Virus record (IMG/VR): IMGVR_UViG_3300045257_000207
Coordinates: 1-64,000 of that record
DNA length: 64,000 nt
Strand: one strand, 5' to 3'
From: a virus
Shown here: positions 27,721 through 37,172 of the stretch, piece by piece
Numbering within the stretch: position 1 is the first letter of the stretch
Layout of the letters: each line of letters begins with the position of its first letter
Notes under the pieces: model-generated
Seen by the model: only the letters and a program-made list of their open reading frames with translations
What the model was told of the DNA's origin: nothing
Databases searched by the model: none
Position numbers and translations under genes: made by a program

Positions 27721-30027
27721 ATGTCACGTTCCGATGAATTAATCATCTCTGCATACGGTTCACACAATGCCACGATTAGCATGTTTTACAAAGGCAAATA
27801 TACCGTTGTAGAGGTAGAACGTTGGCTTAATAGAAAGAACGCTGGCCTCGCCAATTACAACCCAGTCCAGAACATCCAACTCGTATTCGATCAAATTTGT
27901 GATTATCTGTTCGGATTGACAGATAGGAGCGAAGCAGATGTTTACATTTCCGGATACATGGGACAATACAAGCCGAAGTTCTTTTATAAGAAGCACCTGT
28001 CATGTGATCATCACATGGCACACGCAGCGACCGCATTTTACCAGTCGCCATACAAAGAAGCCTTGATCTATACCTATGACGGCGGCGGAGATAGTTCTTA
28101 CTTCAATGTGTATCTCGCAGACAAGAACGGTATTAACTTAACCCACAAACACAATCTCGATCTGGGATTTCCTTATATGATCTTGGCCCATTATCTGGCA
28201 GATATCAAGAAAGAAGTTCTCACGGTCGGTAATCTCGTGTATGCCGGTAAACTGATGGGGCTTTGTTCTTACGGAAAGGTCAATCAAGAATGGCTCCCAC
28301 ATTTTGAAACGTTCTACGAGAAATTTCGCTATACGGGAGATGCGTATGCTGGTGGAGCAGAAAAGGCACGAGTGGCAGTTCCTGCTCTGTTCAAGTCAAT
28401 CGGTGTCGAGTTTGACGATGCCAATTCACGTTATGAGGGTCAAGTAGCGTGGGACATTGCAGCCACAACACAAGCAGCATTTGAAAACGTTTTCCTCAAA
28501 TATGCAACAAGAACGCTGGAGGAATTTCAGAATCTTCCAGTATGTCTAGCGGGTGGTTGTGCATTGAACGTTCTCTTGAATACGAAACTCTTAGAGATGC
28601 GAAGCGGGAACGTGTTCATTCCTCCGAATACAAACGATTGCGGTATTTCTGTTGGGGCGCTAATGTGGTATTTGGCTCCATCTAGCCAAGTCGATTTGAC
28701 ATATTCCGGTCTTCCTGTGCTTGATGCTGACAGATTGTCAGAGTACATTGAAGATGGCGACTTTCAAGTGGTAAGGGATGTCACATTAACGGAACTTGCG
28801 ATATATCTCAACGAAGGTCATATCGTTGGTATCATTGAAGGAGATTCAGAACACGGAAGCCGCGCACTTGGTCATCGAAGTATCCTATGTGATCCGGTTG
28901 CTGGCATGAAGGACACACTGAACAAAAAAGTCAAGGATCGTGAATGGTATCGTCCGTTCGCTCCCATGGTTAGATTGGAAGACGCGAATACATACTTCCA
29001 TTTTGAACGAGGCGAATCGCGTCACATGACTTTCGTCGGAACCGTCAGGGACGAATGGAAAAGCACTCTGCCAGCTATTACGCATGAAGACGGAACCGGA
29101 CGACTACAAACAGTCACACGCGCCCAGAACGAGTTCATCTACGACTTGTTGGGAGAGTTTGAGAAACAGTCTGGACATGCTGTCTTGTTGAACACCTCTT
29201 TCAATGTCAACGGTAAACCTATCTTAACGAGATTGTCTGATGCCTTCGAAATGCTCAAAAAGACGAAATTGGATGCAGTCTATTATCAAAACAATCTGAT
29301 CTTCAGAGGGCGCGAGGCTAGTAGTTTCATTTCCATACGCGAAGGTTCTCCTGAAACCGAAACTGGGACTGCGGACGTGCATAAAGTGGACTTCAATGTC
29401 TTCGTTTTTGAAACCCCGCAGACGGTAATGGATAAATGCTACCGCGCCATGGCGTTGCATTTGAAATCCAAAGGAATCGTCCCACATTTCATGACAGATG
29501 CAGTGAACGCTGCAATACTTGAGAAAGCTTTGAAAGATGTTCCACATAGTATAGAAATCGTAGGCGAACCTCGTCACTATTACAAAAACTTGACCATGAT
29601 CCCAGACGCCGCATCTACAAGGGATCATTCACAATTGTTAAGACTTCTGTGGGCCAAGGAATCAGTTCGCGACCGAGCTATGGTCGGCATGCAGCAAATT
29701 TTCGTGAATGGCCCAATGGTTCAGACTGAAAAAATCGATCAACTGCTTGAAGATGTAGAAAATCATGTGCGAAGTGAACGTGATACCGTATTCATCCAGA
29801 AACAACCAGCGAAATCTGCTCGTAAATCCAGAGCGTTTCATCATAAATTGCCAGCCTTTCGTCTCGTGCCAAGTATCATGTACGGGAGCCGAGATGCGGT
29901 AGTCTGGGCGTTCGACTATTACGAAGCCATCATGATGGGGTATTTAAAGGATGGAGTGCAAATGGTAGAAGAAGACTATCTCACGGCGGCTTTCGTAGAT
30001 CATCCGACAAGGTTCAAACTGATATGA
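27721..30027 (+). CDS. Carbamoyltransferase (NodU/CmcH/TobZ family) with a C-terminal HtrL-like extension
   Basis: HHMAHAATAFY, DGGGD, GKLMGL..YG, LAGGCALN, GSRALGHRSIL, REWYRPFAP, DGTGRLQTV and LNTSFNVNGKPI motifs. Confidence 0.93.
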   Translation: MSRSDELIISAYGSHNATISMFYKGKYTVVEVERWLNRKNAGLANYNPVQNIQLVFDQICDYLFGLTDRSEADVYISGYMGQYKPKFFYKKHLSCDHHMAHAATAFYQSPYKEALIYTYDGGGDSSYFNVYLADKNGINLTHKHNLDLGFPYMILAHYLADIKKEVLTVGNLVYAGKLMGLCSYGKVNQEWLPHFETFYEKFRYTGDAYAGGAEKARVAVPALFKSIGVEFDDANSRYEGQVAWDIAATTQAAFENVFLKYATRTLEEFQNLPVCLAGGCALNVLLNTKLLEMRSGNVFIPPNTNDCGISVGALMWYLAPSSQVDLTYSGLPVLDADRLSEYIEDGDFQVVRDVTLTELAIYLNEGHIVGIIEGDSEHGSRALGHRSILCDPVAGMKDTLNKKVKDREWYRPFAPMVRLEDANTYFHFERGESRHMTFVGTVRDEWKSTLPAITHEDGTGRLQTVTRAQNEFIYDLLGEFEKQSGHAVLLNTSFNVNGKPILTRLSDAFEMLKKTKLDAVYYQNNLIFRGREASSFISIREGSPETETGTADVHKVDFNVFVFETPQTVMDKCYRAMALHLKSKGIVPHFMTDAVNAAILEKALKDVPHSIEIVGEPRHYYKNLTMIPDAASTRDHSQLLRLLWAKESVRDRAMVGMQQIFVNGPMVQTEKIDQLLEDVENHVRSERDTVFIQKQPAKSARKSRAFHHKLPAFRLVPSIMYGSRDAVVWAFDYYEAIMMGYLKDGVQMVEEDYLTAAFVDHPTRFKLI

Positions 30028-31685
30028 ACAAAAGCAATCTAACTATCGTGACCGGTCTCTTTGATATAGGACGTGGCAATATTTCCGATTCTTTCAAGCG
30101 ATCATTTGATCACTACCTCGAATCATTTAAAAGCTTCTTGGAAGCCACGAAAGACCATCAACTTCTAGTGTATATCGAAGCAAAAAACGAACACGTGGTT
30201 TGGGAAACGCGCAATCGAACGAACACTGTCGTGGTCGTAAAAGAACTTGACTATCTACGTTCCTTTCCATTTTATTCTCAGGTTCAAACCATTCGTCAAA
30301 ATCCTGAATGGTACGGGCAGGCCGGTTGGCTGCAAGAAAGTCCGCAGGCTACACTGGAACTATACAATCCACTTGTCATGATGAAGCAATTCATGCTTAA
30401 TGATGCTTCACTGATGAACCATTTTGATTCCAAATATTTCCTGTGGATGGATGCTGGATTGACCAATACTGTCAACCTGTCGCAATACCTCGATGCAAAC
30501 TTCGAACGTAGAGTCACTTCCAAAATGAAAAAAATGCTCTATCTATGTTTTCCATATGACGGAACCGTAGAAGTTCACGGCTTCAAGAAATCGGAGATGA
30601 ATCGTTACGCCGGAAAAGAAACAACATATGTCGCCAGAGGTGGTTGTTTTGGAGGATCAAAAGACAGCATCAATCGCATCAATGAGGTGTACTACAGCTT
30701 GTTGAATGCCACCTTATCCAGTGGATTGATGGGCACCGAGGAAAGTCTCTTTACACTGATGACATATCGCAACATGGAAATATGTCACACGCACATGATC
30801 GAACCGAATGGCTTAGTGTATAAGTTCTTCGAAGATATCAAGGCAATTCCAGTCAAACAAAACATGGCAGAAGAAGTCGCAATTTACGCATTGACATTCA
30901 ACACCCCAGAACAGTTCAGTCTGTTTGCCAAATCATTGAAGGACGCATACCCAAAGGCGTACAAGACTTACAAGAAATACGTTATCAACAATTCAAATAA
31001 TGATGCTGTAAACGTTCCATACGCACAACTATTTGAAGATCATGGGTTCACAGAATTCAAATTTGACAATATCGGAATCAATAATGGTAGACAATTCGCG
31101 GCAGAACACTTCGACCAATCTGACCATGAATACATGATCTTTTTTGAGGATGACATGCTTTTACACCCAGAGGAACCGAGTGTACGCTGCAAAAATGGAT
31201 ATTCCGGGTGGCAACCGGGACTGTTAGAGAAGGCGATCCACATTGTTCAATCCGAAGAGTTGGACTATTTGAAACTTAGCTTCAGTGAGTTTTTCGGATC
31301 AAATGAACAAAACTGGGCGTGGTTCAACATCCCGGACGACGCTCGTCGTGCCGAGTATTTTCCAGCGTCCAATAGTGAAGAAGAGGCACTTCGCAAGTTT
31401 ACGAAGATTTCGTACATTTCAGCATATCGTGGACTACCGTTTGCGGTTGGTCAGTTCCATTATTGTAATTGGCCACTTGTGTTCAGTAAGACCGGAAACA
31501 AGAAAGTCTTTCTCGATACAAAGTGGGAACATATGTACGAACAGACGCTGATGAGCAACACCATGCGATTGATGCATGAGGGCAAGATGAAGGTTGGTTG
31601 TCTTCTAGCTTCGCCTATCAACCATTTCCGCAAATATCACTATGCAAAGGGCACGCGCCGAGAGAATAAACACTACAAAAACTAA
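30024..31685 (+). CDS. HtrL/WlaTC-family glycosyltransferase fused to a GT2-like domain
   Basis: TIVTGLFDIGR, WMDAG, GGCFGG and GTEE (HtrL); NIGINNGR and MIFFEDD (GT-A DxD region). Confidence 0.8.
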   Translation: MNKSNLTIVTGLFDIGRGNISDSFKRSFDHYLESFKSFLEATKDHQLLVYIEAKNEHVVWETRNRTNTVVVVKELDYLRSFPFYSQVQTIRQNPEWYGQAGWLQESPQATLELYNPLVMMKQFMLNDASLMNHFDSKYFLWMDAGLTNTVNLSQYLDANFERRVTSKMKKMLYLCFPYDGTVEVHGFKKSEMNRYAGKETTYVARGGCFGGSKDSINRINEVYYSLLNATLSSGLMGTEESLFTLMTYRNMEICHTHMIEPNGLVYKFFEDIKAIPVKQNMAEEVAIYALTFNTPEQFSLFAKSLKDAYPKAYKTYKKYVINNSNNDAVNVPYAQLFEDHGFTEFKFDNIGINNGRQFAAEHFDQSDHEYMIFFEDDMLLHPEEPSVRCKNGYSGWQPGLLEKAIHIVQSEELDYLKLSFSEFFGSNEQNWAWFNIPDDARRAEYFPASNSEEEALRKFTKISYISAYRGLPFAVGQFHYCNWPLVFSKTGNKKVFLDTKWEHMYEQTLMSNTMRLMHEGKMKVGCLLASPINHFRKYHYAKGTRRENKHYKN

Positions 31686-31707
31686 GGGCCTTTCGGCCCT
31701 TTTGTTT
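31684..31707. terminator. Intrinsic terminator between convergent genes
   Basis: AAGGGCC-TTTC-GGCCCTTTTGTTT. Confidence 0.8.
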
Positions 31708-32896
31708 ATGGTGAAATGTACGTGGCTGATGTACTGCCAGTGATAGAGACTGTCAACTGGTAAGTGATTTCCAATGCTCGATCTTTCGACTTGAGAATAG
31801 GATCGAAGATGAAATGCGTCAACAGACGTTCACGCTCTTTAGAAGGGTCGATAGGGTTGTTAGCGATACCAGCATTCACACCATTGACCGAAGCGTAATT
31901 CACGTTGGCACAGATACCGGAAGTCATCACATTGAAGATATTGGATACGTCGTCAGAGGCACACTGCATAACAACGGCAGACCCCGGCCCAATCGTAAAG
32001 CTTTGGAATGTGATAAGCCCGAAACTCTGTTTTCCAGTAATGGATGGATACGTGCCGCCGCTGCGGTCGGTCACATAAACATACACTAGTGTGTTAAGCG
32101 GATCACCACTAAGAATCCATGCTCCAGTGTTAAACCCTTCACAGAAGTCACCATATGTCAATTGTCCGGATAGTCCAGTGCCGGATGATGGTGTACGAAT
32201 CGCACAGTTGTAGAATGTGCCATCAACACGAATGGACATACTATAAGTTGTATTCGTGGCCAAAGTGGAATTGTCGGTGGAAATGACATCACCCAAATTG
32301 ACTGACGCAAGACCGGCAGTCGAAACCGCCTGTAGACCCGGACTGTATAATCCAATTTCATCGAACCGGAAGAAGATTTCATCGGTACTTACATCAATGC
32401 CCAAATCTTGGGTAGGCATCTGACCGCTTGGCTCATTTTGATTGAGAACGACGACTACTGTGATATTTGATTTCTTGCCGACTTCAACAGAAGTGACACC
32501 CCCGCCTGACGGGTCATCGGCAGGGTCGGCTCCGCCGCCCGGACGAATTACGTTGTTATCCGCTGAACCGGGGTCTGAACCGAACAACGTGCTGGATTCG
32601 TCAATGATTTCTGAATAGGTTTCATTATACAGACGAGATTCCCAACCTGCATCAGAACCATCGTTTGGAGGATTGAAAACGGTGTTACCTGCCGCATCAG
32701 TATACGAACCACCATTACCAAAAGCCATACGGTAAAAGAATGAATTTGGTTCGTTTGCCAACGCTCTGGCAATGATTCTGCTCATGTTCTGGGGATGAAT
32801 ACGATTTCCCTTATCCACCAAGACTTCATTGGTCGCCATGTCTCGAATGCGGACGCGAGTGTGAATGTTAATTCCCATTTTTTCATCGTATTGCAT
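31706..32896 (-). CDS. Virion structural protein (baseplate/fibre-attachment-like)
   Basis: MAFGNGG, FDEIGLY and LLTHFIFDPILKS..R.LEITY.LTV motifs; TATAAATA on - at 32918-32925. Confidence 0.65.
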   Translation of the reverse strand: MQYDEKMGINIHTRVRIRDMATNEVLVDKGNRIHPQNMSRIIARALANEPNSFFYRMAFGNGGSYTDAAGNTVFNPPNDGSDAGWESRLYNETYSEIIDESSTLFGSDPGSADNNVIRPGGGADPADDPSGGGVTSVEVGKKSNITVVVVLNQNEPSGQMPTQDLGIDVSTDEIFFRFDEIGLYSPGLQAVSTAGLASVNLGDVISTDNSTLATNTTYSMSIRVDGTFYNCAIRTPSSGTGLSGQLTYGDFCEGFNTGAWILSGDPLNTLVYVYVTDRSGGTYPSITGKQSFGLITFQSFTIGPGSAVVMQCASDDVSNIFNVMTSGICANVNYASVNGVNAGIANNPIDPSKERERLLTHFIFDPILKSKDRALEITYQLTVSITGSTSATYISP

Positions 32897-32933
32897 CGAA
32901 TTCTCCTGACTTTGATCTATTTATAGGAACAAC

Positions 32934-33647
32934 TCAAACGTTATTACTTGCTACCTTTTTACATAAACGAATAAAATGTTCGCTTGAGAATTTTTGCTTC
33001 ATGAAATTGATGTCCAATAGCAACCATTGGATGTTCCCTTTCACATACCCTTTAGAACTATCGATACGATCAATGGATGCAGTTCTTTGTTGTCGATGCC
33101 CATTTTTGTATGCAAATTGAATAGGTAATCCGCTTAGGGCGCATCGACCATTTTGTTTTATGTAGATATCCCAAACATACGCTAAATCGATCTCAAATAC
33201 ATGTCCTCTCGATTTAGCACCGGCTTGAATGTTTTTCCAATATTTTCCATCAATATCTTTATATCCTGTCCAATTTGGACTATTGTTCCCGGTCTCTCCA
33301 TAACAACCGCATGATTTAGCTTTTCTTAATTTAGAACCATTCACGAGTACAGTGTTGCCGCAATCACATTCACACTCCCACCATGTGGGACGTTTGGGCA
33401 TAGAATGTTTAACGAGTAATCTACCATACCTATTACCAGTCTCGTCGTCCGTTCCTTGACGATCAAATTTAACACACCCGCATGAGGTGGTTGTGCCTCT
33501 TTTTAGATTATTGCTCGTGGTTTGGGTAATAGTTCCACAATCACATTCACACTGCCATATAGCTTTGTAATGTTTATCGGTGCCGAGACATTGGATCGGT
33601 GTCAATTTTCCAAATTTTTGGCCTCTTAAATCTTTGATCTTAGCCAT
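32934..33647 (-). mobile_element. Free-standing HNH-type homing endonuclease with two N-terminal CxCDCG zinc/DNA-binding repeats
   Basis: DLRGQKFGKLT..WQCECDCG and GNRYGRL..WECECDCG; CALSG...SIDRIDSSKGYVKGNIQW...N.MK; AT-rich; own TATAAATA on - at 33675-33682. Confidence 0.8.
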
Positions 33648-33695
33648 ACGTGGGATTCCTTGAATGCATAATTCTATTTATACCACGTTTACTTC

Positions 33696-33724
33696 TTGAT
33701 CTAGATTCGTAAAGAGTGTATATT
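33696..33724 (+). promoter_or_regulatory. Possible sigma70 promoter TTGATC-17-TATATT
   Basis: 17-bp spacer, upstream of the nucleotidyltransferase gene. Confidence 0.5.
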
Positions 33725-33752
33725 TGTTCGGTTCATCAATAAGGATTGCGCC

Positions 33753-34646
33753 ATGAGCAGCATCATCAAGAAACTCAACAAAATGGAACTCCTCACTACA
33801 CCGCCAGCGTGTGTAATTGAGCCAGAGTTTGAGGTTATTATGGGCAGTACGGCCTATGGCGTCACTGGGTCTTCAAGTGATGTTGACGTTTATTCGGTCT
33901 GCATTCCTCCTGTCGAAGAGGTGTTCACCCACATGAACGGTATGGTTCCGGGTTTCGGCCCGAAGCCTAGCGTGTTCAAGACGTGGCAGCAGCATCACAT
34001 CAAGACCGAGGCTGGAACCGTTCAGGAGAAGGAATACGACCTGTGTTCATATTCCATGGTTGAATTCTTCAATCTTGCTGCCGAAAACAATCCGAACATC
34101 ATCGATTCCTTGTTCGTTCCTGACAGGTGCATCACCCATGTTACGGAAGTTGGCAAGGTCATGCGGGAGAGTCGTCGTCTGTTCCTTCATAAAGGTGCGT
34201 ATCACAAGTTTAAGGGTTATGCGTACTCGCAACTGTCCAAAATCAAGACCCGCAAACCGGTGGGAAAACGTGCCGAGTTGGTTGAAAAGTTCGGATACGA
34301 TGTCAAGTTCGCTTACCATGTTGTTCGTCTTGCTCAAGAATGTGAACAAATCTTGATGGAAGGCGACCTCGACCTAGAACGTTGCCGTGAAATGCTGAAG
34401 GTCATCCGCAAGGGTGAATGGACGCTGGAACAGCTTGAGGAATGGTTCCGTAACAAGGAACTCATGCTTGACCAGTTGTACATCGACAGCAAGCTACAAC
34501 ACAAGCCAGATTACGCCAAACTAAATCGTTTGTTGATGGTCTGCTTGGAGAGTAAATTTGGGTCGCTTGACAATCTAATGAAAGGCGGAGTTGACCAGAA
34601 AGCCTTGCGCAACTACGAAAAGATTGTTAGAATCATCCAAGGTTGA
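33753..34646 (+). CDS. Pol-beta-superfamily nucleotidyltransferase (PF10127, T4 NrdC.11-like)
   Basis: GSTAYG...SSDVD, NNPNIIDSLF, FKGYAYSQL and GYDVKFAYHVVRL motifs. Confidence 0.88.
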   Translation: MSSIIKKLNKMELLTTPPACVIEPEFEVIMGSTAYGVTGSSSDVDVYSVCIPPVEEVFTHMNGMVPGFGPKPSVFKTWQQHHIKTEAGTVQEKEYDLCSYSMVEFFNLAAENNPNIIDSLFVPDRCITHVTEVGKVMRESRRLFLHKGAYHKFKGYAYSQLSKIKTRKPVGKRAELVEKFGYDVKFAYHVVRLAQECEQILMEGDLDLERCREMLKVIRKGEWTLEQLEEWFRNKELMLDQLYIDSKLQHKPDYAKLNRLLMVCLESKFGSLDNLMKGGVDQKALRNYEKIVRIIQG

Positions 34647-34679
34647 GAAAAGGGCGACCTAAAGTCGCCCTTTTTCTTT
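34647..34679 (+). terminator. Intrinsic terminator
   Basis: AAAAGGGCGAC-CTAAA-GTCGCCCTTTTTCTTT. Confidence 0.85.
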
Positions 34680-34690
34680 GGAGATTCTGT

Positions 34691-35815
34691 ATGGCATGTA
34701 ATTGTATGGGGCCGCAAAACGGCGACCCACTTTGTCCTTGCATGATGGGTAATAGATTCCGATTCCCCCCGGTGGACTTTGATAGCCACCTTTTATGGCG
34801 ACACCCGGCTCCGGATGCCGCACCGCCATCGAGTATTGGGCCATCTAAAACCTATTTCGCTTCACCTACCCTACCCTACATTTCACTTCCAACTGTCGAA
34901 GAACTTGCGCTGTTGACCAAACATCGCCAAGTCAAGAACAATCCGGATTATATCTTGATGGACTTCGATCAGAAGTTGGAACTCGTGTTAAGAACAGGTA
35001 GCAACATGATCGACCGTACCGGCGTAGGTGTTCGCTATTTGCCGGGGATTTCCACCACCATGGATATATCGTCTCGCATTCCTATTCCAACACGTCGCAA
35101 GACGAATTGGAAGAGTATGTTGAAGGAGTATTTGTGGTTCTTGACAGGTTCAGACAATATCAACGATCTAAACAAAATGGGATCGAAAGTTTGGGATTTC
35201 TGGAAGGATGACAAATTCACAGAAGCGGGTGGCTTCGATAACGGCTCCATCGGGTATGGATATGGCCCTAACCTCATCCACTACGGTGGTGACCTCAAGG
35301 ACTTAGAAAACAACCCCGGCGTCAACCAAATAGAATACGTGCTGAACGAACTACGCACCAATCCATTCTCCCGTCGCATCTTGTTCACCTTTTGGCGTCC
35401 AGACAAGATAGGCAAGTTGGACTGTAAGCTCCCACCATGCCACCACACCTATCAGTTCGTCGTAGAACCGGATGAAACAGGTGAGATGACCCTACTATCG
35501 TGTGTCATGTACGCTCGCTCCACAGACGCGTTTGTGGGCGCTCTGGCGACCAACCTACAAGGTGCAGCCTTCTACACTCATATGATCGCCCAGCAAGTAG
35601 GCATGACTCCGAACACTTTAACTTTCTGTTCAGGCCACTTCCACATATATAACAATCATATCCCCCTCGTTGAAGAGTACCTAGCGAGACCGATAGTTCC
35701 GTCGCCGATTCTTAAACTCAACAAGGCTGCATCAATCTATGACTATGTTCCCGATGATTTTACGTTATCTGAATATGAACCATTACCCGCAATGCGCGTT
35801 CCTATCGCGGTGTAA
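34691..35815 (+). CDS. thyA: Thymidylate synthase with a Cys-rich N-terminal extension
   Basis: DRTGVG, EYLWFLTG, PFSRR, LPPCH, YARSTD...N, HIYNNH and C-terminal PIAV; GGAGA RBS before ATG at 34691. An alternative start near 34957 is possible. Confidence 0.9.
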   Translation: MACNCMGPQNGDPLCPCMMGNRFRFPPVDFDSHLLWRHPAPDAAPPSSIGPSKTYFASPTLPYISLPTVEELALLTKHRQVKNNPDYILMDFDQKLELVLRTGSNMIDRTGVGVRYLPGISTTMDISSRIPIPTRRKTNWKSMLKEYLWFLTGSDNINDLNKMGSKVWDFWKDDKFTEAGGFDNGSIGYGYGPNLIHYGGDLKDLENNPGVNQIEYVLNELRTNPFSRRILFTFWRPDKIGKLDCKLPPCHHTYQFVVEPDETGEMTLLSCVMYARSTDAFVGALATNLQGAAFYTHMIAQQVGMTPNTLTFCSGHFHIYNNHIPLVEEYLARPIVPSPILKLNKAASIYDYVPDDFTLSEYEPLPAMRVPIAV

Positions 35816-35820
35816 CTGAT

Positions 35821-36033
35821 ATGTTTTCCAAGACACAATTCATATCATTCGGGGTTGGAGTCATATTTGGCAGTTTGTTGGCCATTTCGATTCATTATCC
35901 GGTTAAACAGACTACCATCGAAGAAGTCAGAGCCATTTGTCGGCAACAGACTTTCCTCAGCTTCAAGATAGGTATCACCGGGAAAGTCTACGAAATTACA
36001 TGCCAAGACGGCCAAACATATTACTTGAAGTGA
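35821..36033 (+). CDS. Small membrane-anchored hypothetical protein
   Basis: 70 aa with an N-terminal TM helix and two Cys. Confidence 0.55.
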   Translation: MFSKTQFISFGVGVIFGSLLAISIHYPVKQTTIEEVRAICRQQTFLSFKIGITGKVYEITCQDGQTYYLK

Positions 36034-37089
36034 TCAGTGAGGGGCTAACTCTGTCAACGGATAGGTTTTCTCTATAAGTGATTGATCCAAATAGAAATCT
36101 CCGTTGTGATACGTGAAATACCCGTTCGTCATATCCACAAGTTCACCCAAATCGATCAATTGATCCCGCGTCTTGTCAGACGTTTGGTATGGGGCTTTAG
36201 AAAGTAATATGAAAAGACCCTCTGGCGCAATAGGGGTCTTGATTCCGGTACCGTAATCTACGCGAGTAAACCGTAGTTGCGTGCCTTCTGGAATATCATC
36301 GAACACCAACTGACTATCATTGAATGTGGTGAACTTGAGGACATTTTTGTTTCTGGTGTAGTAGTTGCGTCTCTTACGAATCAAAATCTCATCCCACCCA
36401 GCCCATGCAGTTACTTCTTGCAGCATCGGCAACGATTCAAAACAGACCAACGCTTCTTCGTTCGGTTTCTGGATACTTACTTCGATTTGGATAGAATCGA
36501 AGTAATTTGCCAAGTCCATGGGCAATGGGAGAGGAGAACCGCTGAATGTGGTTTTGGTAATGTACTTAGGAAGAGCGAAAACGAAGGTGCCATTTGTGGT
36601 CACTTGTACCGATGCGAATAGTGGAGAAATGAACTTCGGCTTTAGAGCTACAGAAGTACGAGCAACACAGTGCGCCACACCGTATGCCTGTCGGTTCAAG
36701 ACGATAGAAACGGTATTTTGATCAACGATTGAAACCGAATAATCTTCTGGAGACACCTTCGAAGGATAGACTTTATTTGTCGGAGAAACCAAATATTCAA
36801 AAACTGAAATAGCTGGAGATACACCTAAATTGTGAGGTACAACCCATTCCGTAGCGGGAGACGGTTGAACAAAGTTGAAAAACGAACGACGTTGTTCATA
36901 ATTCTGAAAACGAGGATCGAACTTCGGGAAGGATTCACGGATACTGTCACGATTACGCTTCGTTTTATATAGTTTTCCGATGCAACCTTTAGTAATGATA
37001 CACGAAGATACGATATCAAGACCTTTGGCATTTTCCAATACCTCTATATTTCGCTTACAGAGGTTGCACTTGTATGAATTGGTTGCCAT
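36034..37089 (-). CDS. Hypothetical late protein, probably structural; N-terminal CxxC...C...C
   Basis: YKCNLCKR...CIITKGC; WVVPHNLG.SP motif seen in fibre-associated proteins; GATAAATA on - at 37115-37122. Confidence 0.6.
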   Translation of the reverse strand: MATNSYKCNLCKRNIEVLENAKGLDIVSSCIITKGCIGKLYKTKRNRDSIRESFPKFDPRFQNYEQRRSFFNFVQPSPATEWVVPHNLGVSPAISVFEYLVSPTNKVYPSKVSPEDYSVSIVDQNTVSIVLNRQAYGVAHCVARTSVALKPKFISPLFASVQVTTNGTFVFALPKYITKTTFSGSPLPLPMDLANYFDSIQIEVSIQKPNEEALVCFESLPMLQEVTAWAGWDEILIRKRRNYYTRNKNVLKFTTFNDSQLVFDDIPEGTQLRFTRVDYGTGIKTPIAPEGLFILLSKAPYQTSDKTRDQLIDLGELVDMTNGYFTYHNGDFYLDQSLIEKTYPLTELAPH

Positions 37090-37129
37090 TAGGTTAATGC
37101 CTCGTGTGATAACCTATTTATCGACAAAC

Positions 37130-37156
37130 AAAAAAGGAGGCTTTCGCCTCCCTTTT
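37130..37156 (-). terminator. Intrinsic terminator
   Basis: On -: GGAGGC-GAAA-GCCTCC-TTTTTT. Confidence 0.8.
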
Positions 37157-37172
37157 ATGAGTCATCCGAACA

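Noticed and set aside
34643-34690. ORF-track starts at 34643, 19384 and 13960
   Set aside because: Each lies in or before a terminator hairpin; downstream ATGs (34691, 19408, 13996) have proper RBSs.
27721-35815. DNA hypermodification pathway (carbamoylated or glycosylated hydroxymethyl-pyrimidine)
   Set aside because: Not excluded but less favoured. The TS keeps the dUMP-type Asn and a canonical C-terminus, the 2OG oxygenase is P4H-like and lacks ligands rather than TET/JBP-like, and the glycan genes follow late promoters.
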